Assembly: GCA_964348765.1 (NCBI GenBank)
Contig: CAYGEE010000003.1
Location: forward strand, 1 to 46,057
Origin: an uncultured Planctomycetales bacterium
GTDB taxonomy: Bacteria; Omnitrophota; Gorgyraeia; Zapsychrales; Zapsychraceae
Direction of reading: 5' to 3'
DNA: 46,057 nucleotides
The notes under the pieces are model-generated. The model did not search any database. It worked only from the letters and a program-made list of their open reading frames with translations, and had not been told where the DNA came from. Shown piece by piece: positions 37,212 through 45,978 of the stretch; positions within the stretch are counted from its first letter, which is position 1; every line of letters starts with the position of its first letter. Both the position numbers and the translations under genes were made by a program.

Positions 37212-37979
37212 TTAAGCCTTTGTGATCTTTGCCCACATCCAATTGAAAATAATATTCCCATCGACCTGCTTACCGCCAAGGATCCTGGTTCCCAATCCTT
37301 TTTTAAGTGTCGTATATTCTTTTTCAAGGATTCCCAGATTGAACTCATCTTCAATGAATTCCACTTTCCAACCTAAGCTCTCAACATATTTGCTGAACAG
37401 CTTCTTCGACCACGTATTTTGAAAAGCAAAATTGATCGGTTCACCTTTCTCATCGAGATCAGAATCAATCGTTTTACGAACGATCGTCGTAAAGTCCTCA
37501 AAAAGAGTGCGGATAAAACACACCTTTTTGGTGCTTTCTAAGAGATTTTTTACCGGCGGGCGAAAATCCGGAAGATGCACGAGGACATTGCAGGAATAAA
37601 CAATATCAAATGGTTTTTCCGGAAAAAGCGGTTGAAAAATATCTTTCACTGCAAAATGTGCTAATGGATCATCTTTATAAATTTCCTTAGCCTTACTGAT
37701 ATACGATTCATACGCGTCGATCCCTGTATAATTCAATTTAGGATCCAAACGTCTTAATCCGCGCAGATAATGCCCGACATTACACCCGGCATCCAAAACA
37801 CGCATTCCCGGTTTATAATATCCACTGACAAGTTTAACCAATTGTTTTGTACTTTCCATCTCAGGGAGTTTCGCCTGAGCGCGCTGCACAAGTGTGCCTT
37901 CCGCTTCCGGCTTGTCCGCCCAAATTTGCCAACGTTCGATCTTTTTCTGATTTGACTGTTTGTCCAATACCTTACTCAT
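37212..37979 (-). CDS. Class I SAM-dependent methyltransferase
   Basis: Motif I VLDAGCNVGHY. Start reset to ATG 37979, which has AAGGAGG 5 nt upstream. The track start, 38012, overlaps the upstream gene. Confidence 0.75.
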   Translation of the reverse strand: MSKVLDKQSNQKKIERWQIWADKPEAEGTLVQRAQAKLPEMESTKQLVKLVSGYYKPGMRVLDAGCNVGHYLRGLRRLDPKLNYTGIDAYESYISKAKEIYKDDPLAHFAVKDIFQPLFPEKPFDIVYSCNVLVHLPDFRPPVKNLLESTKKVCFIRTLFEDFTTIVRKTIDSDLDEKGEPINFAFQNTWSKKLFSKYVESLGWKVEFIEDEFNLGILEKEYTTLKKGLGTRILGGKQVDGNIIFNWMWAKITKA

Positions 37980-37996
37980 GGATCCTCCTTGATCGT

Positions 37997-38767
37997 TTAA
38001 CTGATAGTCCATCCGCCGTCGATCACCAAATTCTGCCCGGTCATATAACTCGAGGCCTGACTTGCCAAGAAGACAACCGCTCCTTTGAGATCATCGGGAT
38101 GTCCAATACGTTTTAGTGGAATCTTTGATAATAACTTCTTAACGAATTCTTTATTCTGTTTACGCTCCGCGGGAAATGCTCCTGGAGAAATACAATTCAC
38201 ACGGATATTCTGCCCGGCTAAAAAATTCGCGTAATAACGCGTCAACTGGATCACGCCGGCCTTCGCCACACCATAATTCGGCGGATTAAAATATTGCGGA
38301 TGATCCTCGTAGATCTTAAAATCCGGAACAACAACCCCATACATCGAAGAGATATTAATGATCGATGCCGATCGAGATCTTTTCATGTGAGGGATCACCT
38401 CACGGACACAGCGAAAAACGCTGTTCAAAGTCCCGTCGATCCCAAGAGCCCATTCCTCATCGCTCATAACATCCGGAAAATTCCCGGCGGAATAAAATGC
38501 GTTATTGACAAGAACATCGAGCGATCGATATTTCGTAACAATCTGTTTAAACCCACTCTTTATCGACGCCGTCGAAGAAATGTCGATCTCTTCAAAGAAC
38601 ACATCCTTTTTTTTCGACCCAAAAACCCTCGCAAACTCTGTCTTCTTACGGCCGGCGACGATCACTTTAGCGCCAGTTTCCAATAATCCCAGTGACAACG
38701 CTTGCCCTAAATGTCCATAGCCTCCTGTGACAACTGCGACTTTCCCTTTAAGATCGAAACTTTTCAT
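37997..38767 (-). CDS. Short-chain dehydrogenase/reductase (FabG-like)
   Basis: GKVAVVTGGYGHLGQA, NNAF, and YGVAK catalytic Tyr/Lys. Start reset to ATG 38767 (MKSFDLKGK), 4 nt after the upstream stop. Confidence 0.8.
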   Translation of the reverse strand: MKSFDLKGKVAVVTGGYGHLGQALSLGLLETGAKVIVAGRKKTEFARVFGSKKKDVFFEEIDISSTASIKSGFKQIVTKYRSLDVLVNNAFYSAGNFPDVMSDEEWALGIDGTLNSVFRCVREVIPHMKRSRSASIINISSMYGVVVPDFKIYEDHPQYFNPPNYGVAKAGVIQLTRYYANFLAGQNIRVNCISPGAFPAERKQNKEFVKKLLSKIPLKRIGHPDDLKGAVVFLASQASSYMTGQNLVIDGGWTIS

Positions 38768-38771
38768 GATT

Positions 38772-39659
38772 TTATCTCCATTGACGCGGATCGACGATCT
38801 TCGGATCATCCGCTTTGACCGCCGAGAAATTAATGTACTTGATTTTAGATCGAAACTCCGGGACCATCTTGATCATTGCCAACTGCTCTTTTAAATGTTC
38901 AAGCCGATCAACCCCAACAACGAGCGCATCAATATTTTTAAGTGTGTAGACATACAAAAATGCTAATTCTTTTTTTGAAACTCCCAACATCTTGGCAAGA
39001 CTTTCAAGCTTATCCAAATAATTCCCCGCTTTTTTAAGATTTTTTGGCAAATGATGACGATCCAACGTCACAAGCCCCTGCAAAAAAACACTGCGAGCGT
39101 ATACTTTCTTTCCAGATCGTTTCAACCGATCGATCGATCCATCTTCCAAAAGCCTTTGATCAAGAATACTGACCGGGCATTGGATCACATCAAAATCAAA
39201 ATCTTTTAAAAGCTTATCGATCTGGCCACGATCATAAACCGATACACCAATTTGACCGATCAGTTTAGTTCTCTTCAATTCTATTAATGTTCTTAAAATG
39301 ATACGCTGCTTATCCTTAAAAACATCCAAAACATTATGGATCATATAACAATCGATCCTCTTCTGACGCAAACGCTGTAACGATGCTTCAAATTGATCAA
39401 AGATCTGCTGACGTGAAACTTGCCCTTTCAATGCGGAAAGTTTCGTCGTGATCTTAATCTGTCTTTTTCTTTTAATTAAGAACCGTCCGATCAGATCCTC
39501 ACTTGATCCGTACGCGGCAGCCGTATCAAAACGGTCCACGCCGTTCTTTAACGCTGTGTCAAAGATCCCGAACGCCTCTTTTTCCGACGGTTGTCCGCTC
39601 TTATTTGCGATCCCGTAAGGCATTCCGATTTGCGCTGTTCCTAAAACTAATCTATTCAT
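38772..39659 (-). CDS. Aldo/keto reductase family oxidoreductase
   Basis: 295 aa. LGTAQIG.PYG, FDTAAAYG and the K/H pattern of AKRs. Stop/start share one base with pseC (TGATG). Confidence 0.75.
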   Translation of the reverse strand: MNRLVLGTAQIGMPYGIANKSGQPSEKEAFGIFDTALKNGVDRFDTAAAYGSSEDLIGRFLIKRKRQIKITTKLSALKGQVSRQQIFDQFEASLQRLRQKRIDCYMIHNVLDVFKDKQRIILRTLIELKRTKLIGQIGVSVYDRGQIDKLLKDFDFDVIQCPVSILDQRLLEDGSIDRLKRSGKKVYARSVFLQGLVTLDRHHLPKNLKKAGNYLDKLESLAKMLGVSKKELAFLYVYTLKNIDALVVGVDRLEHLKEQLAMIKMVPEFRSKIKYINFSAVKADDPKIVDPRQWR

Positions 39660-40807
39660 CAGAGATCTTTTAATGCCTTATTTATTTTCTTAATAACACT
39701 ATTAACTTGGGCGTCTTTTAATAACGGATAAACTGGCAAACTGATCTCTCCTCTATAAAAACTCTCTGCCGCCGGACATAACCCTCGCGGATAACCCAGC
39801 CCCTCATAATACGGCTGCCAATAAATAGGAATATAATGCACTTGCACTCCAAGGCCTGATTCCCGCAGTTTCATAAAAACATCTTTGCGGGATTTTTGAT
39901 AGCGTTCTCGCAAACAAATTGTAAATAGATGCCATGCACTGGAATATCCGTCGGGCTCTTGAGGAACCGTAAAAAACTCGTGATCCTTAAATGCCTCTTG
40001 ATATTGCGAAACGATCTCTCTTCTGCGTTTAATGAACCGGTCTAATTTCTTAAGTTGCGTAACCCCCAGCGCACATTGAAAATCCGTGATCCGGTAATTA
40101 AACCCCAGATCCCTCATCTCATAATACCAGGGACCAATTTCTGCTGTTTTCTCATCTCTATAGATCCCATGCGACCTTAAAGCCAATAATTTCCTATACA
40201 ATTTTTCATCATTCGTTGTGATCGCACCGCCCTCACCCGTCGTGATATGCTTAACAGGATGAAAACTAAAGATGCACATGTCGCTATGGCGGCAGCTTCC
40301 CACTTTGGCCCATTCTTTACCCTCGCGGTATTTTGCACCTAGCGCATGACAGCCGTCTTCAATAACAAAAAGGCCATTCTTCCGTGCAATACCTGAGATC
40401 TCTTTCATTTGCGCAGGCAGACCGGAAAAATGAACGGGAATGATCCCTTTTGTTTTCTTTGTGATCAGCTCTTTTATTTTCGATGGATCAATATTGATCG
40501 TTTGAGGAACCACATCCGCAAAGCGAGGCGTTGCTTGTGCATACAATATAGCGTTGGATGTTGCGGCAAAAGAGATCGGCGTTGTAATAACCTCATCGCC
40601 GCATTTAACGCCGGCGGCCAAAACTGCCAAATGAAGCGCGGCTGTGCCGGATGAAACAGCGACAGCATATTTCACTTTACAATACTGTGCCAAAGCTTTT
40701 TCAAAATGCATAACCGATGGACCCTGCGTCATCCAGTCTGATCTTAAAACATCAACAACGGCTAGAATATCATCACGCTCAACTGTTTGACGTCCATATG
40801 AGATCAT
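39659..40807 (-). CDS. pseC: UDP-4-amino-4,6-dideoxy-N-acetyl-beta-L-altrosamine transaminase (DegT/DnrJ/EryC1 family)
   Basis: 382 aa. ISYGRQTVERDDILAVVDVLRSDWMTQGP and PLP-lysine region FSFHPVKHITTGEGG. Directly follows pseB. Confidence 0.8.
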   Translation of the reverse strand: MISYGRQTVERDDILAVVDVLRSDWMTQGPSVMHFEKALAQYCKVKYAVAVSSGTAALHLAVLAAGVKCGDEVITTPISFAATSNAILYAQATPRFADVVPQTINIDPSKIKELITKKTKGIIPVHFSGLPAQMKEISGIARKNGLFVIEDGCHALGAKYREGKEWAKVGSCRHSDMCIFSFHPVKHITTGEGGAITTNDEKLYRKLLALRSHGIYRDEKTAEIGPWYYEMRDLGFNYRITDFQCALGVTQLKKLDRFIKRRREIVSQYQEAFKDHEFFTVPQEPDGYSSAWHLFTICLRERYQKSRKDVFMKLRESGLGVQVHYIPIYWQPYYEGLGYPRGLCPAAESFYRGEISLPVYPLLKDAQVNSVIKKINKALKDL

Positions 40808-40809
40808 AT

Positions 40810-41781
40810 CTATTGTCCTATTTGCGCAGCCATTTTCTTTAATTGATCAACCGTGTACCAAACCTTATTATTGTCACTACGATATCCAGGAAACGTAAGC
40901 CCTACCAGTTTCCCTTTTTTCGTCTTATACGCCGATGTAACTCTCGAATAAATAATATACCGGTCATCCAGTTCGTAACTATCGATCCCATCATCTGCGG
41001 AAAGAAGTGTCTCGTGAAGTTTTTCTCCGGGGCGTATCCCGATCGTTTCCATTTTACATTTAGGAGCTATCGCGCGAGCAAGATCAATAACTTTCATACT
41101 TGGGATCTTAGGAATGAAAACTTCTCCACCTTGCATCTGCTCGATACTGCTTAAAACAAAATCGACACCCTGATCAAGAGTTATCCAAAATCGTGTCATT
41201 TCCGGATGAGTGATCGGGATCACGCCTTTTTTCGCACATTCCATGAAAAAAGGAATGACACTTCCGCGGGATCCAACGACGTTGCCGTAACGGACAACAC
41301 TGAAACGAGTTGGTGTGCCACTGGAATAATTATTTGCAGCGACAAAAAGTTTTTCCGCACAAAGTTTTGTGGCGCCATAAAGATTCACCGGATTCGCCGC
41401 TTTGTCCGTACTTAAAGCAAGGATCTTAGAGACTTTATTATCGATGGCAACATTAATGACATTTTCTGCTCCAATAATATTTGTTTTTACCGCCTCAAAT
41501 GGATCATACTCCGCCGCCGGAACGATCTTAATGGCGGCCGCATGCACGACGATATCAACTTTATTAAAAGCGCGATGAAGTCGTTCTGCATCCCTGACAT
41601 CTCCGATAAAATAACGCAAGCAAGGATGATTAAAAACCTTGCGCATTTCATATTGCTTCATCTCATCCCGGCTAAAAATAATTAATTTCTTCGGTTTATA
41701 TTTCTTAAGAACAATTTCTGTAAATTTCTGGCCAAAAGACCCGGTCCCGCCGGTCACAAGGATCGTTTTATCATCGAACAT
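40810..41781 (-). CDS. pseB: UDP-N-acetylglucosamine 4,6-dehydratase (inverting)
   Basis: ILVTGGTGSFGQKF...IIFSRDEMKQYEM...YFIGDVRD is typical of PseB/FlaA1. ATG 41781 has AGAGGAA about 7 nt upstream; the track's ATG 41802 lacks an SD. Confidence 0.85.
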   Translation of the reverse strand: MFDDKTILVTGGTGSFGQKFTEIVLKKYKPKKLIIFSRDEMKQYEMRKVFNHPCLRYFIGDVRDAERLHRAFNKVDIVVHAAAIKIVPAAEYDPFEAVKTNIIGAENVINVAIDNKVSKILALSTDKAANPVNLYGATKLCAEKLFVAANNYSSGTPTRFSVVRYGNVVGSRGSVIPFFMECAKKGVIPITHPEMTRFWITLDQGVDFVLSSIEQMQGGEVFIPKIPSMKVIDLARAIAPKCKMETIGIRPGEKLHETLLSADDGIDSYELDDRYIIYSRVTSAYKTKKGKLVGLTFPGYRSDNNKVWYTVDQLKKMAAQIGQ

Positions 41782-41810
41782 CGTTATTTCCTCTCTGATC
41801 ATTACAACTG

Positions 41811-43598
41811 TTAAACGGTGTATAAATTAAAATAGGCGCTTTTATTCTCCAATAATTGCGTGTGAGTCCCCTCTTCCATAACCTTACCCTTTTCCAAAAC
41901 AATGATCTTATCGGCATTCTGGATCGTTGAAAGCCGATGCGCGACAATAAGGATCGTCGTATGCGCCGCGACACGATTAATAGCCTCTTGAACCGCACGC
42001 TCGGAAACGTTATCCAAAGAACTTGTCGCCTCGTCGAGGATCAGGATCTGCGGCTTACGGAGCATCGCGCGCGCGATCGCGAGGCGCTGTCTTTGCCCTC
42101 CGGAGATTTTCATACCGGAATCGCCGACGATCGTATCATAGCCGTTTTCTGACGCGGAAATAAATTCATGCGCGTTCGCCAGCTTCGAGGCTTCAACGAT
42201 CTCGTCAAAAGTCGCTCTTGTCCCAAACTCAATATTTTCCCGGATCGTCCCGTTAAAAACAAAACTTTCTTGGCTAACATAACCGATCTTTCCCAGATAC
42301 GATTCCCGAGATATTTCTTTAATATTCTCCCCATCAATGGCGATCGCGCCTTTGCCTACTTCATACAAGCGAAGCAACAGATTAATAATCGTTGTTTTTC
42401 CTGATCCCGAAGGGCCGACGATCGCGGTAATCTTTCGTTTTTCGATCCTTAGATTAAGATCTTTGAGTAAGAATTCTTCTGCCGCCTCATGTTTGAACCA
42501 CACATTATTAAAAACAACATCGCGCGCAAATTCTTTCAATTCTTTCTTTCCGTTCCAAAACGACTGCACGCTCACGGGCTCGTTTAATAGGTCATAAACG
42601 ATCCGAACATCCGGTGTAAAACGCGCGATCGAAACGATATCCCCTCCAACTAAATTCATATAAGGAAACAAGCGGCTGGCAACCGTTGAAAATGTTGCCA
42701 AAAGCGGCAAGAAAGGCAAAATATTGCTGTGTTGTCCGATACTCACAACGATCCCCAGGATCGCAAAGATCATAAAGAAAGCAAATTTCACAAAAACATC
42801 CGGAACGATCCGTCCCATATTCACTTTGAAATTCAGATAAGTACTTTTACTCGTCGCAGAATCAAACTTCTTCCTCCAAAATGATTCACTTAAGAATATT
42901 TTGATCGACTTGATACCGGTGATAAATTCATTAAGGATCACATTTTTATGACGGTCTTCATCCACCGCCTGGCGCGCGGATTTATTCACAATATCCGATG
43001 TGAGTTTTCGGATGACAATAACATACAATAGCCCAATGAATCCAACGAGAAGCGTCCCCTGCCAGGAAAGGATAACAAGGACAACGGAAAAGAACGCAAC
43101 GTTAACAACGCTGTAAATGATCCGCATCAGATAAAAAAGATTATTCGAAACACCCATCGGTGCAATAGTACTGGCATAGATAAGTTTGCCTTGCTGATTC
43201 TTGACGAAAAAAGAATAATCCGAGTTCTTATATTTATCAAAGATCGCCATCTGATTTTGATAAACGACCTCACGGATCAATTGATTGGACAGATAATGCT
43301 GCCAGATCCTGACGACCGCCGAAATAACCGTCAGCGCAATTAAAAGCACGCACGAAGAAATGAATAAATTCTCACCAGGGATCATCCGAACAATATTCCC
43401 CAAAAACTGCAAACCGGGATGATTATCTTTGAGCTCTAATCCATAATTGATGATCGGGTAGATCGCCATAAGGTTCAATGACTCAAAAACCCCGGCAAGA
43501 AGCATCGTCACAAAAACAAAGAAAACTTTTTGCTCGTGACCTTTAAGAAAGTAACGAAACGTCTTAAAATCTATCGTAGGGATCTTTATCTCTGACAT
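41811..43598 (-). CDS. ABC exporter, fused permease + ATPase (MsbA/PglK-like)
   Basis: 595 aa. Six-TM N-terminal half, Walker A GPSGSGKTT, signature ISGGQRQRLAIARA, Walker B ILILDEATSSLD. Confidence 0.85.
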   Translation of the reverse strand: MSEIKIPTIDFKTFRYFLKGHEQKVFFVFVTMLLAGVFESLNLMAIYPIINYGLELKDNHPGLQFLGNIVRMIPGENLFISSCVLLIALTVISAVVRIWQHYLSNQLIREVVYQNQMAIFDKYKNSDYSFFVKNQQGKLIYASTIAPMGVSNNLFYLMRIIYSVVNVAFFSVVLVILSWQGTLLVGFIGLLYVIVIRKLTSDIVNKSARQAVDEDRHKNVILNEFITGIKSIKIFLSESFWRKKFDSATSKSTYLNFKVNMGRIVPDVFVKFAFFMIFAILGIVVSIGQHSNILPFLPLLATFSTVASRLFPYMNLVGGDIVSIARFTPDVRIVYDLLNEPVSVQSFWNGKKELKEFARDVVFNNVWFKHEAAEEFLLKDLNLRIEKRKITAIVGPSGSGKTTIINLLLRLYEVGKGAIAIDGENIKEISRESYLGKIGYVSQESFVFNGTIRENIEFGTRATFDEIVEASKLANAHEFISASENGYDTIVGDSGMKISGGQRQRLAIARAMLRKPQILILDEATSSLDNVSERAVQEAINRVAAHTTILIVAHRLSTIQNADKIIVLEKGKVMEEGTHTQLLENKSAYFNLYTV

Positions 43599-43599
43599 A

Positions 43600-44580
43600 C
43601 TAATTGCGCTCTAAATATTGTTTATACCAACGGACCGATTCTTTTAAACCTTTTTCCAAACTAAAAGACGGCTTCCATCCCAAAACTTGCCTGGCTTTTT
43701 TAGCAGAAAGGTATTGATGCTTGATCTCAAAACGGGCTTCATTAAGAATTCGCATCGACGCGTTTCTCTTTCCGGCAGCTTTCTTGATCGCATCATAAAG
43801 CTCAAGAACGCTCAAGGGATCTTCACAGCTGAAATTAAAAGCCTCACCGGCAACTTTAGGATTCTTAATATTCTCAGCAAGACAAAGATAGGCATCAACA
43901 ATATCCTGCACAAAGATATAATCGCGAGTAAACGTTCCGTCGCTACGGATCAAGAATGTTTCATTTTTTAAGATCTTACAAACAGCATCCGGAACGATCC
44001 GGGAGAAATTCATGTCCCCGGGCCCATAAATATTCCCGCAACGCGTGACAACAACCGGTAAATTGAATGTTTTATAATATGTCCGACAGATCAGATCTGC
44101 GCAGCTCTTGGAAACATCATAAGGATGTTCGCCCTGCAAAGCAGCTTTTTCCGTGTACGGAAGAACCTCGTGCGAGCCGTAAGCCTTATCGCTCGAAGCA
44201 ACAACGACCGCTTGAAGACCGGAAAGACCTTTACTTGCTTCTAAAATATTCCATGTCCCTTGAATATTCGATTGAAAAGTCTTTATCGGTGTCTTATTCG
44301 CTTTTCCGACGATCGCTTCAGCCGCCAAATGAAAGATCACCTGCGGCTTATAAATATCCATCACTTGTTGCATCAGGTTCAAATTCGCGATATTCCCTTT
44401 AATGGAAACAAAATCTTTTTCGATAGAACTTAAAACGGGATGAGCCGAATGATGAAGCTTATCAATTCCGACAACATTCGCGCCAAGCTCAACTAAATTC
44501 TTTGTCAGCCACGACCCTAAGAACCCTTCATGACCAGTGACAAGGACTTTTTTCTTTAACCAAAAACTTTTTTTTCTCAT
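43600..44580 (-). CDS. rfbG: CDP-glucose 4,6-dehydratase
   Basis: FWLKKKVLVTGHEGFLGSWL and YDVSK. Start set to ATG 44580 in an ATGA overlap with the rfbF stop; the track start, 44616, overlaps rfbF by 40 nt. Confidence 0.75.
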   Translation of the reverse strand: MRKKSFWLKKKVLVTGHEGFLGSWLTKNLVELGANVVGIDKLHHSAHPVLSSIEKDFVSIKGNIANLNLMQQVMDIYKPQVIFHLAAEAIVGKANKTPIKTFQSNIQGTWNILEASKGLSGLQAVVVASSDKAYGSHEVLPYTEKAALQGEHPYDVSKSCADLICRTYYKTFNLPVVVTRCGNIYGPGDMNFSRIVPDAVCKILKNETFLIRSDGTFTRDYIFVQDIVDAYLCLAENIKNPKVAGEAFNFSCEDPLSVLELYDAIKKAAGKRNASMRILNEARFEIKHQYLSAKKARQVLGWKPSFSLEKGLKESVRWYKQYLERN

Positions 44581-45365
44581 TCCCAAGTTCTCCAAAACGC
44601 TTTTTTTGAATCCCATAACTCATTAAGGATCGTATACTCTCTGGATGTATCAACACATTGCCAGAAACCCGCATGCTCATAAACACCCAACTTTTTATCT
44701 TTGACTATTTTTGGAAGAACATCACTTTCCAATGATTCATTCTTCTTTCCATCAATGTATCGCGTCAAAACTTCTTTGTTAAAGATCATAAACCCGCCGT
44801 TAACAAGACCTGTACTAACTTGCGGCTTCTCATTGAATTCCTGGATGACACCGTTCTTCGCTTCGATCTCACCAAATCTTCCAGACGGTTTCACACCGGT
44901 TAATGTCGCCGCTAAGCCGGATCTTTGATGAGCTTTCAATAACTTATCAATATTAACATCGGCCACACCGTCGCCGTAAGTCACGCTGAAAGATCCACAA
45001 TCTTTCAAATATTCTTTGGCACGCAAAAGCCGCAACCCCGTTTGAGCGTCTTCTCCGGTGTCAACAAGGGTCACTTTCCAATTTGATTCCTGATTTTTAT
45101 TATGAAACTCTACCGAATCTTTCTTCCCTAAAGTCAGCGTCACGTCAGATGTTTTCGCAAGATAATTCAAGAAAAATTCCTTGATCACCCATCCTTTATA
45201 ACCTAAACATAGAACAAAATCATTAAATCCATACTGAGAATAGATCTTCATAATATGCCAAAGGATCGGCCGCCCGCCGATAGGAAGCATCGGTTTTGGG
45301 AGGATCTCTGAAACATCTTTGATCCGCGTTCCCTGTCCGCCGCAAAGGATTACCGCTTTTTTCAT
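44577..45365 (-). CDS. rfbF: Glucose-1-phosphate cytidylyltransferase
   Basis: 262 aa. KAVILCGGQGTRI...LPKPMLPIGGRPILWHIMKIYSQYGFNDFVLCLGYKG is highly characteristic. Confidence 0.85.
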   Translation of the reverse strand: MKKAVILCGGQGTRIKDVSEILPKPMLPIGGRPILWHIMKIYSQYGFNDFVLCLGYKGWVIKEFFLNYLAKTSDVTLTLGKKDSVEFHNKNQESNWKVTLVDTGEDAQTGLRLLRAKEYLKDCGSFSVTYGDGVADVNIDKLLKAHQRSGLAATLTGVKPSGRFGEIEAKNGVIQEFNEKPQVSTGLVNGGFMIFNKEVLTRYIDGKKNESLESDVLPKIVKDKKLGVYEHAGFWQCVDTSREYTILNELWDSKKAFWRTWE

Positions 45366-45937
45366 TAATTTTCTCCTATCAAATTAGGTTTGATAAAATC
45401 ACTGGCTAAAACTTTTACAAGATCGACACATTCTAACTTATGATGGTTCTCATTGCCATTAAGAAACTCCTTGCAAATAAGCACAACTCCAGAGATCTTT
45501 TCTTTAGGCAACTGCTGAATGTGCGTGATCGTATATTTATTCCCGCAAAGATCCTTGATCACGGTCTCAACAAGGGCGGCAAAATCAGATTCGCCTAAAA
45601 GAAAAAAATGCCGCTCTCCTCGTTCAACAAGAGGCAGCAGCGTCACCCTTAACTTACTTCTGATCAGCCCGATCGCATTGATCGTATTTAAAGTATATTT
45701 AACGGATTTCCGCATTTTTTCAGAAAATCCCTTCGGGGTAAGGATATATTCGACTTTTTTCTTATTTAATTGATGGATGCGGATAAGCCCTTTAGCGATC
45801 AACCGGCGCAGGATCATATTGACCATGCCTAAAGACATATCCATTTGACGAGAAATGTCCCTTTGATTGGAATCAAGGCGCTTGCCGATAATATTTACCA
45901 GCTCAAATTCACGTTCGTCTAATAATTCACGAGGCAT
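45365..45937 (-). CDS. Winged-helix (MarR-like) transcriptional regulator with an uncharacterised C-terminal domain
   Basis: 190 aa. The SNQRDISRQMDMSLGMVNMILRRLIAKGLI...YILTPKG HTH-plus-wing pattern. Its stop shares one base with the rfbF ATG (TAATG). Confidence 0.55.
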   Translation of the reverse strand: MPRELLDEREFELVNIIGKRLDSNQRDISRQMDMSLGMVNMILRRLIAKGLIRIHQLNKKKVEYILTPKGFSEKMRKSVKYTLNTINAIGLIRSKLRVTLLPLVERGERHFFLLGESDFAALVETVIKDLCGNKYTITHIQQLPKEKISGVVLICKEFLNGNENHHKLECVDLVKVLASDFIKPNLIGEN

Positions 45938-45978
45938 GCCGGTAAATCTCCCTGTTATTAAGAGAGGACTTACGCATT

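Noticed and set aside
36657-37376. 239-aa plus-strand ORF, the longest antisense ORF in the track
   Set aside because: It lies entirely antisense to pseF and the methyltransferase and crosses their junction. The sequence is R/K/N-rich and low-complexity with no recognisable motif, whereas the minus-strand genes have clear family signatures. It is probably a by-product of codon bias.
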